Shown: positions 24,443 to 34,002 of the stretch, piece by piece | Numbering within the stretch: the first letter of the stretch is position 1 | Layout: every line of letters starts with the position of its first letter | IMG/VR virus record: IMGVR_UViG_3300035156_000145 | Span: 1 to 40,810 of that record | Direction: 5' to 3' (one strand) | Source of the DNA: a virus | DNA: 40,810 nt | Position numbers and translations under genes: made by a program | Notes under the pieces: generated by a model | What the model was told of the DNA's origin: nothing | Databases searched by the model: none | What the model saw: only the letters and a program-made list of their open reading frames with translations

Positions 24443-25098
24443 CAGTCGGCCACCGTGAAGCGGATAGGCGCGGTTTCAGCGGCCCATGCGAGCATCAGGC
24501 CACGCTTACCGAGGAAGCGGCGCTCTACATCGGCGCGCATATCACCAGGAACGCCAAACTTGCCGCATACCTCGTGAGCAAGCCATAGCGTCAGGCCACC
24601 GACCCACGATTGCACCACATCAGGCGTGACGAGCAGTTCAGCATCGAGCGTGACCGCCTGATAGGTTATCGACAGCGCCGGGTTGGATGTCGGAACCGGC
24701 CAGAGGTAGCCGATGTTGTTCGGGCCGATGTAAATATGCGTAGGATAGGTCGAGGTCTGAGCCGGCGCAGGGATGGCGTCGTAAGCAGCTTTCGCTATCA
24801 CGGTCAGATCGATGTTTGTCGCATCCTGCGTGAACGAGACTACAGGCACGCCAAAATAATCGGCAGGCATCGCCACTTGGCCGGGGGTGCCGCTAGACCA
24901 CGCCAGCGCGACCGGCGCCACGGTAATCTTCGGCCACGACAGTCCGTGCAGCGGCATTTCCTTGAGCACGTTCTGCAATGCGCGCAAGCACACATCGTAG
25001 TCTGTCGCGCTCGCGGTCTGACCAGCGCCCAAGACGCCGATTTCCAGCAGCGCGTCAGTGATGACCTCTTGCGCGGTCAGCGTCCAGGCGGTTGGCAT
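24442..25098 (-). CDS. Head-to-tail adaptor (P22 gp4-like position)
   Basis: 218-aa protein between the capsid module and the stabilisation protein. Assignment rests on synteny and size. Confidence 0.45.
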   Translation of the reverse strand: MPTAWTLTAQEVITDALLEIGVLGAGQTASATDYDVCLRALQNVLKEMPLHGLSWPKITVAPVALAWSSGTPGQVAMPADYFGVPVVSFTQDATNIDLTVIAKAAYDAIPAPAQTSTYPTHIYIGPNNIGYLWPVPTSNPALSITYQAVTLDAELLVTPDVVQSWVGGLTLWLAHEVCGKFGVPGDMRADVERRFLGKRGLMLAWAAETAPIRFTVAD

Positions 25099-25319
25099 TA
25101 GATTGCCTCGGTGGTGTAGCTGTACATCGGGATCTTGACGGACTTGCCATCGACCACAGTGTTGACCACGGCGTCTTTGAGGACGGCCAGGAAGTTTTCG
25201 TCGATGGTGGTTTCGACATTGCGCTTGTACAGGTTGAGCTTGAAGTTGTGCGCGATTTCAACGTCGCCACCTTCGCCATGGAAGGTGATCTTGTACTGTT
25301 TCAGGTCGGACTTTGCCAT
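25098..25319 (-). CDS. Small structural-module protein (73 aa)
   Basis: ATG 25319 has a GGAGAA RBS. Follows the post-capsid terminator. Confidence 0.55.
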   Translation of the reverse strand: MAKSDLKQYKITFHGEGGDVEIAHNFKLNLYKRNVETTIDENFLAVLKDAVVNTVVDGKSVKIPMYSYTTEAI

Positions 25320-25330
25320 TCTGTTCTCCA

Positions 25331-25362
25331 AATGAAAATGGCCCGCTGTTTAGGCGGGCCAT
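25331..25362 (-). terminator. Rho-independent (probably leaky) terminator after the major capsid gene
   Basis: Stem ATGGCCCGC/GCGGGCCAT with a 7-nt loop, followed on the minus strand by TTTTCATTT. Confidence 0.75.
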
Positions 25363-25383
25363 TCAGGTGACGCGAGCCGCTTA

Positions 25384-26376
25384 TTAGGCGGTTGCGAGGG
25401 TTTCCAGGCGAATCATCCACGCTTGGTTGAGAATCTGCGTGGTGGTCGTGGCTTTCCAGCCCACAGTCGAGCGCTGCTCCAGCGGATCGGCGGTGCCGGC
25501 GCTGCCCAGCGCCTTGACGTAGGTGTTCATCGCCTGGCCGGTGAGTGGGCAGATACCGTAGGCGTTGTCGGCAAAGATCAACGTGGCGTACACGTCGTTC
25601 TTACCCGAGCCGCTGAACTTGAAGCCAGCCGTGGTCGCGGTGGTGGCGTCTGCAAAGATCTTGCAGTTGGTCGAGGTGACGAAGCGGATATTCTTGTACG
25701 CGCCGATTTCGTCTTCGATCACGCCTTCTTGCGAACCGTAGTCGGACACCGCGCGATAGCCGGTGATCTGCTCCAGATCGTATTCGACGTCAGGATGAAC
25801 CAGGGCGATGTACGCCTTACGCACGGCGCCAGTGCCGACGCCATCCGACGAGGCAATGCCCATCTTGATAAACTTGGCGTTCTGGTTCTTGAGGAACCGG
25901 ATAGCCTTGTCCAGATCGGCGGCGCTGATCTTGGTGATGGTGGCAAGGCGGGTTGCGGCGCCGTTGGCGTACGCTACGTTCGTACCAGCAACCAGCACAT
26001 CGCGGCGGATCTGGTCGATGGTGGTGCCGGCCTGGTCGCCCAGCACGTCGGTAGCTTCGGTGACAACCGGGTCTTGGTTGGTCATCGAAACCATGTCCGA
26101 CAGCTGGATGTAGTCGCCGTACTGCGCCAAGGTGGCGGTAATGTCGGTCACAGCCAGGCTGGAGCCGGTCGGGGTGACGCCCTCGGTCAGAGGCGTGGTA
26201 GCCACTGCGAGTTGCGAGTAGCGACGGAACTTGATCTGATTGCCGTTACGCTGGGCGATTGGGCGTTTCTGGCCGAAGCGGCCATGGACGTCGTTTGGTT
26301 GGGCGCGCTCCAGCAGATTACGGTCGTAAAATGCTGCAACGCCTGGTGGGACTTGCGCGAGGCCGGTTTGTGGCAT
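25384..26376 (-). CDS. Major capsid protein (N4-gp56-type, HK97 fold)
   Basis: 330 aa. N-terminal FYDRNLLERA and overall pattern fit the N4-gp56 capsid family. Preceded by the scaffold gene and followed by a terminator. Confidence 0.8.
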   Translation of the reverse strand: MPQTGLAQVPPGVAAFYDRNLLERAQPNDVHGRFGQKRPIAQRNGNQIKFRRYSQLAVATTPLTEGVTPTGSSLAVTDITATLAQYGDYIQLSDMVSMTNQDPVVTEATDVLGDQAGTTIDQIRRDVLVAGTNVAYANGAATRLATITKISAADLDKAIRFLKNQNAKFIKMGIASSDGVGTGAVRKAYIALVHPDVEYDLEQITGYRAVSDYGSQEGVIEDEIGAYKNIRFVTSTNCKIFADATTATTAGFKFSGSGKNDVYATLIFADNAYGICPLTGQAMNTYVKALGSAGTADPLEQRSTVGWKATTTTQILNQAWMIRLETLATA

Positions 26377-26394
26377 GGTGAAACTCCTATCGGA

Positions 26395-27165
26395 TTAAAG
26401 CCCCAGCACTCTTGCTCGCTCTTTAGCGAACTCAGCGGGGGTCATACTGTGGATGCGCTGGACGCGCTCGACTTCGGGATCGGGTGCATCCTTACGGGCT
26501 GTGCCACCTCCGGCGCCGGGAACGCTCATCGCGGATTTTTCTTGCTGCTTGGCAGACTCAACGGCATACCGTTTGGCAATCTGCCGCTCGGCATGTGCGA
26601 GCTTTTCGGCGGAGATATCGCGGATTGCTACCAGTGGGTCATCCCACGCGCCGCCAGATGCATCACGCTTGGCAACCAATGCATTGACTAGTTCGGGGTC
26701 TGCGTCCGCGTCGAAGATTCCGGGGTGAGCCGTATCGATGGTGCGGAACCAGGCTTCTCGCTGGTCTTCTGCTTGCTGCTGTGGTGCCGGGTCGCTTGCC
26801 ACGTACTTGATTGCGTCGGCCAACTCGGGATTTGCATCCAGAATGGCGGGCCGATTGGCATCACGTTGGGCTTGCTCCTGCTCCCGCTTGATCTTGGCAA
26901 GTTCCTGCGCGGTTTTGGTTCCCCATGCTTGGTTATCCCGTGCCGCCTTCTCTGCCTTCTCAAGCTTTGCGCGTAATTCCGCCAGCTCGTCAACGACGAC
27001 CGGCGCTGCGTCTTCCTGCTTCGCTGGCTCGGCTTCGGTTGCCTTGACGGCTTCCGGCTCCATTGCGGTAGTGGTGTCAGGCTTGATGCCCGATGCCGCC
27101 GCGTCCAGTTCTGCTGCTGCTGCGTCGTACTGCTTCTGGTATTCCTCTTGCGATAAATCTGACAT
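26395..27165 (-). CDS. Scaffolding protein
   Basis: Acidic, Ala/Glu/Lys-rich helical protein between portal and capsid. Confidence 0.7.
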   Translation of the reverse strand: MSDLSQEEYQKQYDAAAAELDAAASGIKPDTTTAMEPEAVKATEAEPAKQEDAAPVVVDELAELRAKLEKAEKAARDNQAWGTKTAQELAKIKREQEQAQRDANRPAILDANPELADAIKYVASDPAPQQQAEDQREAWFRTIDTAHPGIFDADADPELVNALVAKRDASGGAWDDPLVAIRDISAEKLAHAERQIAKRYAVESAKQQEKSAMSVPGAGGGTARKDAPDPEVERVQRIHSMTPAEFAKERARVLGL

Positions 27166-27215
27166 TTGCTGCTCCTTGCTGGGCCTAATCCGATAGGAAA
27201 AGGTAGTCCGGGGTT

Positions 27216-27458
27216 TTATGCAGCGTCCGATTCCTCGGATAGTGCTGCGGCGTTTCCTTGACGCTCGTATTGCAGCGCCTCGGGTAAGTTAATGAGGGCG
27301 GTCAGGGCACGGATTGCCCCGCGTGTTTGTTCGTCGTTCGCGCTGATTAGCCGCGCTGTCAATTCCGCGATGTGCTCATTCAGGTGCGCTACCAGGGCGG
27401 GCGCCTTGAGCGCTGCTGTCAGGGCGTCAATCTGCGCAATGCGGTTGGCAAGGTTCAA
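27216..27458 (-). CDS. Hypothetical protein (80 aa, helical)
   Basis: ORF coupled to the portal stop. Confidence 0.5.
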   Translation of the reverse strand: MNLANRIAQIDALTAALKAPALVAHLNEHIAELTARLISANDEQTRGAIRALTALINLPEALQYERQGNAAALSEESDAA

Positions 27459-29608
27459 AGCTCAGGCTCCATCGGCGCTTCGGGCATAAAAAAGCCCGCG
27501 TCATCGGCGGGCTGTTCTTCTGCGGGCATTTCTTCTGGCAGCTCGGCCATCATTTCCGGCTCAGGCGGGGCTTCCTCCGTCTGCTCGGGCATTGGCTCCT
27601 GCTCCTGCTCGGCTATCGGCTCGTTCGGCGTGATATCCGGGCTAAGCGACAGATCAAGGCCAAGCTCGTTTGCAAGCTGCATAGCAGCGTCAGGCGTCAG
27701 GAATGGCACAAGAAGCTTCATGCGCTCGGTCTGCGCCTTGTAGGCATCAACGCGCAGCTTCTGCATCGCCTCATCGCGGCCGGCGTCGGCTTCGTTGTAT
27801 TTCTCGCCCAACTCTTGCAGCGACTGTTCGAGCATCTGGTTCTGCTGCTGCATCTGCTGCATCTCGGCCTGCACCTGTGGCGGGATCTTCTTGCCGTCTT
27901 CTGGCTTGAGGATAGGCGATTCCTTGCCGATCTGCATCACGTCCCAGGTCTGCTGCAACAGCTCGGTAACGTCCACCTTCTCAGCCGTCATCGGGTTGGA
28001 CAGGGCGAAGTCAGCGAAGGCGCGAAGCTTGTTCGTCAATACTTCCTTCTGCATGAAGGAGCTTGTACCAGTGGCCTGCCAATCCATGAAGCTTGACTTG
28101 CCAAATTCCTTGATCTGCGCCCACATCGCTGCGGCTTCGTCGCCGTGAATCTTCTGTACGGTCTGCGGCTCAAGATACTTGAGGTTCCACTCGATGATTG
28201 CCTCGACCATCGGCTCAATCCAGTTGGAATCAATGTGCTGGATGACTTCCTTAATCGGCAAGGACGAGGCAGACATAATCATGCTGATGCCGGTAGCCGT
28301 CTTATTCAGGTTGCTGGCGTCGTCGCCCTGCGTGTACTTGGTAATGCCGGTGTCGTCGTCGCTCATCTGCTCAGACACGCGCAGCACGTCCATCCAGCCG
28401 CCTGTAATGTCCGGCTCGGTATGTTCCATGATGGCGTTTTTGCGCTCGTCAGGGGACAGCCCCGGCTTGAACTGATACACCTTGCCGGGGAACTTGCGGA
28501 AGTCCTCCGTGGGCATAAAGCATGAGCGGTCAACCGATTTCGTACCAAGCAGGGCCATTGCCTTGCCTTCCATGAACAAGCGGAAAGCGGCGTTCGTTAC
28601 TTTCTGATGCGGCGCGTTGTTCTCGGCCACACCCACGCCCCAAATCTCGTGCGCGACTTCCTCGTAAGTGCAGGAGTGCGCCGGCATCTTCTGCCCGTAT
28701 GGCGACTCATTTACCTTTACGACGACGCCACCTGCCATGATGGCGACAACATCAACCATTTCAGCCATGTTGGCCTGCTCGTCTGGCTGATTGCCCTCGC
28801 TCAGGGCCGAGCGAGGCACCTTGCCAAAGAAGCGTGCGACCTTGATCCGTGCGTTGCGGTGCCAATACTCGACGTTGCCACGCATCTGGCCTGCAATCTC
28901 GCCGCCAGTCTCCGCGCCGGCAGAAGACGCGCCGCTGAGCGCCGCAACGATGTTCTTGTAGCTCTTATCGTTCTTCCAGGCTGCGACCGTGTGAGGGCTT
29001 TCCATCGTCACCCAAAACACGCCCAGGCCATCATTGAGGCGGCGCGCTTCCGGGTCCGGATACACGTCGAGCGTGTTGCTCAGTTCGAAGTAAGGGAAGT
29101 CGAATTCATACTTGCTTTCCTTGATCGCCATTACCCCAGCCGAGTTGTCGGCAGCGGTCTCGACCAAGCATTCCTTGCGTACGAACGGGCCGAACACAAA
29201 GCCGGTGCCATAGGTCGCCAGGGTGTCCACACCGTTCTTCAGCAGGTGCTTGAAGTCCATGCGCTCAAGCTGCTCGGTTAGGATATCCTCGACGGTATCG
29301 GCAAACTTCGCCAAACTCTCATCGCTGGGGGTGGTATCGAACGGCATCATCCCATTGCCGAACAGGGCATCGTTGATCTTGGCACGGGCTGCACGCACCT
29401 TGTTGCGAGTCGAGCCGATGAACAGGCCGGCTGTCTTGCTGCCCTTGGCCGCGCCACTGCCCTTTGTATCGTCGTCACGCGGGATGCGCATCACGTCCTG
29501 ATAGCAGTCGAGCATCTTCAACTCTTGCGGCTTGCGCGAACGCTCCCACTCCATCAGGCGTGATTCCAGCAGCGAAGCTAGCGCCGTGGTGGTGTGAATT
29601 TCGCTCAT
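27455..29608 (-). CDS. Portal protein
   Basis: 717 aa immediately after TerL, with an acidic Pro/Glu-rich C-terminal tail. Confidence 0.8.
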   Translation of the reverse strand: MSEIHTTTALASLLESRLMEWERSRKPQELKMLDCYQDVMRIPRDDDTKGSGAAKGSKTAGLFIGSTRNKVRAARAKINDALFGNGMMPFDTTPSDESLAKFADTVEDILTEQLERMDFKHLLKNGVDTLATYGTGFVFGPFVRKECLVETAADNSAGVMAIKESKYEFDFPYFELSNTLDVYPDPEARRLNDGLGVFWVTMESPHTVAAWKNDKSYKNIVAALSGASSAGAETGGEIAGQMRGNVEYWHRNARIKVARFFGKVPRSALSEGNQPDEQANMAEMVDVVAIMAGGVVVKVNESPYGQKMPAHSCTYEEVAHEIWGVGVAENNAPHQKVTNAAFRLFMEGKAMALLGTKSVDRSCFMPTEDFRKFPGKVYQFKPGLSPDERKNAIMEHTEPDITGGWMDVLRVSEQMSDDDTGITKYTQGDDASNLNKTATGISMIMSASSLPIKEVIQHIDSNWIEPMVEAIIEWNLKYLEPQTVQKIHGDEAAAMWAQIKEFGKSSFMDWQATGTSSFMQKEVLTNKLRAFADFALSNPMTAEKVDVTELLQQTWDVMQIGKESPILKPEDGKKIPPQVQAEMQQMQQQNQMLEQSLQELGEKYNEADAGRDEAMQKLRVDAYKAQTERMKLLVPFLTPDAAMQLANELGLDLSLSPDITPNEPIAEQEQEPMPEQTEEAPPEPEMMAELPEEMPAEEQPADDAGFFMPEAPMEPEL

Positions 29609-29617
29609 TGGTCAGCC

Positions 29618-30889
29618 TTAAAAGTACAAACCGGACGAATCCGGCTCTTGTTGTGGCAACGGAGGCAGCTTGCCCCAATCGTCGTTTGTCATCTTCTCGG
29701 CATTGATCGCCACATAGCGCAGGCAGTCAGCGCCGTGCGACCACTCGTCATGAAGCGGTGCGCCTGGCTCCTGCGTCTGCTGGTTGATGCTGCGGCGATA
29801 CCGCTTTGCGCACTGGACCAGGCGGGCCGCGTTCTTCTTGTCGAAGTACATGCGACCAAATGTCATGCGAGTCAGCCTGATACCGTCTTCAATGCTCATG
29901 TTCGGGGTGATCTTCACATCCCATCCGAGCGCCTTCATGACGTCTTCTGCGCTCTTGCCGGTCTGGATATTCTTGTGCCGGCCGTCGTGCGGCAGATACA
30001 TGTCACCCCAGCGGTACGAGCGCTTGCGCAGTTCGGCGCTGTAGTGATCAAGCGTCTTATGCGAGTCCTCGATGTTCTCGATGACCGCGATAGACGACAG
30101 GCTCTTTTGCACCAGGCTGATGCTCATAGCGTCGTTCCAACCCAAGTCCACCACCACATGCACCTTCAGCAGCGGGTCGTACGGCACATTGCAGATGCGG
30201 CCCGTTTCCTCAGCCTTTGCCACCTCTGCGAAGTAGATTGCGCCGACGACTGCCGGCATGCACTTGCCTTCCCAGATGTTCGCGTACTCGGCATCGGACA
30301 GCGTGGCCTTGGCGTGCAACCGTTCCTTCTCAAGCACCTCGGGGAACCAACGGTTATCCGTATAGTTCATATCCACGATGATGCAGTCTTCGGGCGCGTT
30401 GGTGATGAACCGGTCGTACGTCTCGTCGGTCTCCAGCTCAGGGTTGAAGCTGATCCAGATTTCGGAGCCGTCTTTACGAATGGTCGGGATTAGCGTCTTC
30501 CATGAGCGCTTGCTGACGCTCTGCGCTTCCTCGACCCAAACAATGTCGCAGCCCTCGAACGACTTGATGGAATCAACCGTCTGATCGCTCAGGCCGGAGA
30601 AGCTAAACTCCGTTCCGTTCTGCCCGCGAATCTCGTTCTCAAGCACCTGATAGAAGCGGCTCAGGCCCAAGCGCTCGATTTGGTCTTTCAGCAGCTTGTG
30701 CACCGACTGCTTGATCGACTTCTGCACCTCACGCGTACACAAGATGCGGAGCTTGCTCGTGCTGCCCAGGATTAGCAGCGCTTGTGCGAAACTCCACGAC
30801 TTAGCGCTACCTCGCCCGCCCTTGGCCCCCTTGTACCGGCACTTCTTGGTTAGCAGGAAGTCGAGCTTGGCCGGGAAATCAACGTTCAT
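29618..30889 (-). CDS. terL: Terminase large subunit (PBSX/Terminase_3-like)
   Basis: Walker A region YKGAKGGRGSAKS. ILCTREVQKSIKQS and VWVEEAQ motifs. Confidence 0.9.
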   Translation of the reverse strand: MNVDFPAKLDFLLTKKCRYKGAKGGRGSAKSWSFAQALLILGSTSKLRILCTREVQKSIKQSVHKLLKDQIERLGLSRFYQVLENEIRGQNGTEFSFSGLSDQTVDSIKSFEGCDIVWVEEAQSVSKRSWKTLIPTIRKDGSEIWISFNPELETDETYDRFITNAPEDCIIVDMNYTDNRWFPEVLEKERLHAKATLSDAEYANIWEGKCMPAVVGAIYFAEVAKAEETGRICNVPYDPLLKVHVVVDLGWNDAMSISLVQKSLSSIAVIENIEDSHKTLDHYSAELRKRSYRWGDMYLPHDGRHKNIQTGKSAEDVMKALGWDVKITPNMSIEDGIRLTRMTFGRMYFDKKNAARLVQCAKRYRRSINQQTQEPGAPLHDEWSHGADCLRYVAINAEKMTNDDWGKLPPLPQQEPDSSGLYF

Positions 30890-31316
30890 CCGGTGCGACG
30901 AAGTTAATGGACCAGTTCATCGGAGCGCCACCCGGTCCGGAATGCTCGGTCTTGTCCGTGAACATCTTGAGATGCTTGCCCAGCAGTTCGGCGCCCTTGA
31001 GTACCGCCGCCGCGTCAAACTTGTATTCGCCTGTTGCGCTGCCGTCGCGCATGACCGGCTCAGCCTGTGCGCAGCGCTCGATGGTCGCTTTGATCGTGGT
31101 CAGCACGTATTTAGCGTCAATGCCCAGGTCATCCGAGCGCTTATCCATTGCAATTTTGACAGCTTCTGCTACCTTAGGATTACTTAAGAGTTGTGAAGCG
31201 GTCGCCTCCGCGCTGTTCCCTTGCCCCTTATAGCCAGCGCGCTTATACGCAGCCGTTGCATTCAGGTCGATAAGGTACTCAGCAACAAAGCGCTGCTGCT
31301 TCGCGGTCAGGCTCAT
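30879..31316 (-). CDS. terS: Terminase small subunit (Terminase_2-like)
   Basis: LTAKQQRFVAEYLIDLNATAAYKRAGY is the hallmark N-terminus of this family. Confidence 0.85.
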   Translation of the reverse strand: MSLTAKQQRFVAEYLIDLNATAAYKRAGYKGQGNSAEATASQLLSNPKVAEAVKIAMDKRSDDLGIDAKYVLTTIKATIERCAQAEPVMRDGSATGEYKFDAAAVLKGAELLGKHLKMFTDKTEHSGPGGAPMNWSINFVAPDER

Positions 31317-31633
31317 TACGCATTCACCGTAAAGCTGGTCGTCTCTGTCAGATGCAGCGGCGTTGGGTCGGTGTAAGACAGTCGAACGAGGTATTCTCCT
31401 GGAACGGTCAAGTCGCCTTCCTGCATGCTGTACAGCGTGTACTTGTTGGCTGCGAGCGTGCCAGCGTCCAGCGTGACCAATGGCGAGGCGCTGATGCTCA
31501 CTGCCGGATTGGTGCGGGTAAACGTTGTACCGTCCGGGCGCGTGATCACAAGCTCAAGCTGAGAATACGAGCTAAGATCGTAATTGGCATTAATGACAAG
31601 CCGCTTGCCAATCTCACTGACGTTCATTGTCAT
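31316..31633 (-). CDS. Small beta-rich (Ig-like?) protein (105 aa)
   Basis: Coupled ORF with beta-strand-like alternation. Part of the pre-terminase block. Confidence 0.5.
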   Translation of the reverse strand: MTMNVSEIGKRLVINANYDLSSYSQLELVITRPDGTTFTRTNPAVSISASPLVTLDAGTLAANKYTLYSMQEGDLTVPGEYLVRLSYTDPTPLHLTETTSFTVNA

Positions 31634-32145
31634 TACAAGCTCACAGTCAAAATGGTGTCAGCGCTCGACATGTGCGCTTGAATGGTTGTCGGGCGGTTGC
31701 TGATAATCGTTGCAATGACTTCATCGAGGATGGCGCCACCAGGGCCATTGATCACCGATGCAGTTGCGCTAATAGTTTCGCTTCCTTCGGCCCAGCTCGC
31801 GGTGATCGTTACCGATGGCGTACCGAACGTCATGGACAGCGCTACCGGGCTGCCAATAGGTACGTAGTCGACATACAGCTGATACAGCGCGTTGTACGTG
31901 CCATCCGCTCCGGAGGCGGTCAAGCTGCCATCTTCGTAAGCGAACAGGGTCAGGCCGGGCGGAACATAGGTGAATCGCCCGCAAATCTCTTTGCCGTTGT
32001 CGGCCGGCAGGGTTACATCGTTGGCGAGATAGCCATCGCCGTTGTCGCCAGTGGTTGCCAGCGCTTGCGCTAGGACGCCGCCGCCCGTGTTGCCGATGAG
32101 CAGGGCGCCAGGAATCCACGGCGAAGTATCGATGCGCAGACTCAT
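31633..32145 (-). CDS. Hypothetical protein (170 aa) carrying one copy of the SVT-x-AxW-x-EGSE module
   Basis: ORF with ATGA coupling. Module TPSVTITASWAEGSETISATASV. Confidence 0.55.
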   Translation of the reverse strand: MSLRIDTSPWIPGALLIGNTGGGVLAQALATTGDNGDGYLANDVTLPADNGKEICGRFTYVPPGLTLFAYEDGSLTASGADGTYNALYQLYVDYVPIGSPVALSMTFGTPSVTITASWAEGSETISATASVINGPGGAILDEVIATIISNRPTTIQAHMSSADTILTVSL

Positions 32146-32657
32146 GACGCGACCGCTACCGGAAGAATCCGCCCGTTGGCGGTCAGCACTACCTCATATG
32201 CATATGTTGTCGCAGCGACAATCAATGCGTCATTTACAGTCACGATCCCGCTTGCATTGCTGGTCAAGCCAGTCTTACGTACCACGAGCGCGCCGGTCGT
32301 GACGTTGTAGATGTTGACCACCACGCCCGTTTCGTTCGCAAGCAGCGTGCCGGTGTTGTTCTTGAGTTCTGGCGTGACAAATGACCCTGTACCCGGCGCC
32401 GAGACCGTGCCCGTTGCGGCAATAGTATCGCTGCCCTCGGTCCAGGCTGCTGCTGCGGTGATTGGGGTCGGCCCACCACCTCCGGCAACTGTGCCCGTGA
32501 CCGCGATAACTTCGCTACCTTCGGTCCATGCGGCTGCAAGGGTTACGCTCGGGGTGCCACCGGACGTTTCATTGAGCGTGCCACCTGGTGTGACGTACTG
32601 GCGCGCGCCGGTTTCGTTGACAACTCCTACGCCGGGCAGGACGTACTCGCGGGCCAT
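32142..32657 (-). CDS. Hypothetical protein (171 aa) carrying two copies of the AAAWTEGS-x-x-IA-x-TGTV module
   Basis: Internal repeats VTLAAAWTEGSEVIAVTGTV and ITAAAAWTEGSDTIAATGTV. Confidence 0.55.
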   Translation of the reverse strand: MAREYVLPGVGVVNETGARQYVTPGGTLNETSGGTPSVTLAAAWTEGSEVIAVTGTVAGGGGPTPITAAAAWTEGSDTIAATGTVSAPGTGSFVTPELKNNTGTLLANETGVVVNIYNVTTGALVVRKTGLTSNASGIVTVNDALIVAATTYAYEVVLTANGRILPVAVAS

Positions 32658-32658
32658 C

Positions 32659-33993
32659 TTAGCTTACCTTGTTGCAAACGTAGACAGTCTTACTGGCAAT
32701 GAACAGCACAGGCGTAATGGTCCACGGCCCCTTGCGCGTGGGCGTGTAGGTGATCGCCAATTTCTGTTTGACCGGTGTTACCAAGCCCGTGGTAGTCCAC
32801 GTTGCCGAGCTGGTCGCGTGATCAGCGGCCGCGACAATGAAATCCGCCTTGATGTTGGTAACGAAACCCCCCGGGCCGTAAATTTTGGCCGCCATGTCAG
32901 CATTGGTCAGCGCGCCGCCAGCACCCGAGCCTTGCGAATCGTGCGCGACTTCCACATAGCGGGTCACCGGCGAGCCGGTCGTGTCCTCGAATACGGTAAT
33001 CGGCGCGCCTTCAAGCGGGATCGTGGGATATTCAGCGTCCGCAGTCGATACCATCTTCATAGAATAGACAACGCCGTCATCAGTTGAACCACCAGTGCGG
33101 ACAATGGTCGTCTCGTCCCGAACCTGCCCAGAGTAGTAGTGTGTCCAGTAGCGTAGCTTGGCCGTTCCAATGGCGCTATCGAATACTTCGACGCCGATGC
33201 CGGGCGCAGTCGGGGTAGCGCTCCAAAGCGCGCCTGACCACGAAGCTGGCAGCAGGATATTGCGAAACTTTGCAACGAAAGAATTGCCGCCGACATTCTG
33301 CGCGAACAGGTTGAAGGCTGTGCCGATATTTGACGAAAAGTCCACGTTACTAACGAGGAAATCGCCCATGCCACGCACGCCGCTCGTAAAAACGCTGCCC
33401 GGTGAAGCGCTTCCTGAAACGAAAGAGCCGCCTTCCCACTTGAAAGCACAAGCCACCTTCACCCGATGGTTCACCCCGCCGAATTTGAGAGTCGTGTTGC
33501 GCAGCGTGATGCGAGCGGAATCCGTCCGAGTTTCATCGCCAAAGGTCATCGTAGCCACGCCCGTGCCGGTCGTGAGCAGTTGGATAGAGCAGTTGTCGTA
33601 TTGCTGATTCGTGTTTGCTGCGCCGCTTCCTGAGTTGAAGCTCTGCGTCGCGCTGGCGCCAGAGCCTGGCCGAAAGGTAATGCCCTGGAACAGCGCCGAG
33701 CCGGCCATTACGATAGTGCTCACCGATGTGATGGTCGCACCTGTTGCTGCTGCCGCTGGCGTGTCCGCCGAATCGTTCACACAGAGAACTTTACTTGGGG
33801 CCGCAGGCGTGCCGGCGAAAGTCACGGTCAACGATGCGGCATTGGTCTCTGCGTGCGCCTGCGACAGATAGATCGTGTCGCCAGCGGCAGGCGCATCCAC
33901 GTTCGCGCCTGCCAGGTCGAGATTTGCCAAAGCCCAGGTTGAGCCGTCATTGGTGTTCACCCCGGTAGTGCTGCGTGCGCGTGCGTTTGCCAT
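32659..33993 (-). CDS. Beta-helix-like protein (444 aa), probable glycan-binding or glycan-degrading virion appendage
   Basis: Gly/Ser/Thr/Asn-rich periodic sequence typical of right-handed beta-helix proteins. Adjacent to the esterase. Confidence 0.5.
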   Translation of the reverse strand: MANARARSTTGVNTNDGSTWALANLDLAGANVDAPAAGDTIYLSQAHAETNAASLTVTFAGTPAAPSKVLCVNDSADTPAAAATGATITSVSTIVMAGSALFQGITFRPGSGASATQSFNSGSGAANTNQQYDNCSIQLLTTGTGVATMTFGDETRTDSARITLRNTTLKFGGVNHRVKVACAFKWEGGSFVSGSASPGSVFTSGVRGMGDFLVSNVDFSSNIGTAFNLFAQNVGGNSFVAKFRNILLPASWSGALWSATPTAPGIGVEVFDSAIGTAKLRYWTHYYSGQVRDETTIVRTGGSTDDGVVYSMKMVSTADAEYPTIPLEGAPITVFEDTTGSPVTRYVEVAHDSQGSGAGGALTNADMAAKIYGPGGFVTNIKADFIVAAADHATSSATWTTTGLVTPVKQKLAITYTPTRKGPWTITPVLFIASKTVYVCNKVS

Positions 33994-34002
33994 GCTATTC
34001 CT

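Noticed and set aside
31753-32546. Diversity-generating retroelement (template/variable repeat) hypothesis for the repeated module
   Set aside because: The three copies differ at many positions of all four bases rather than only at adenines. No reverse transcriptase or Avd-like gene exists anywhere in the genome.
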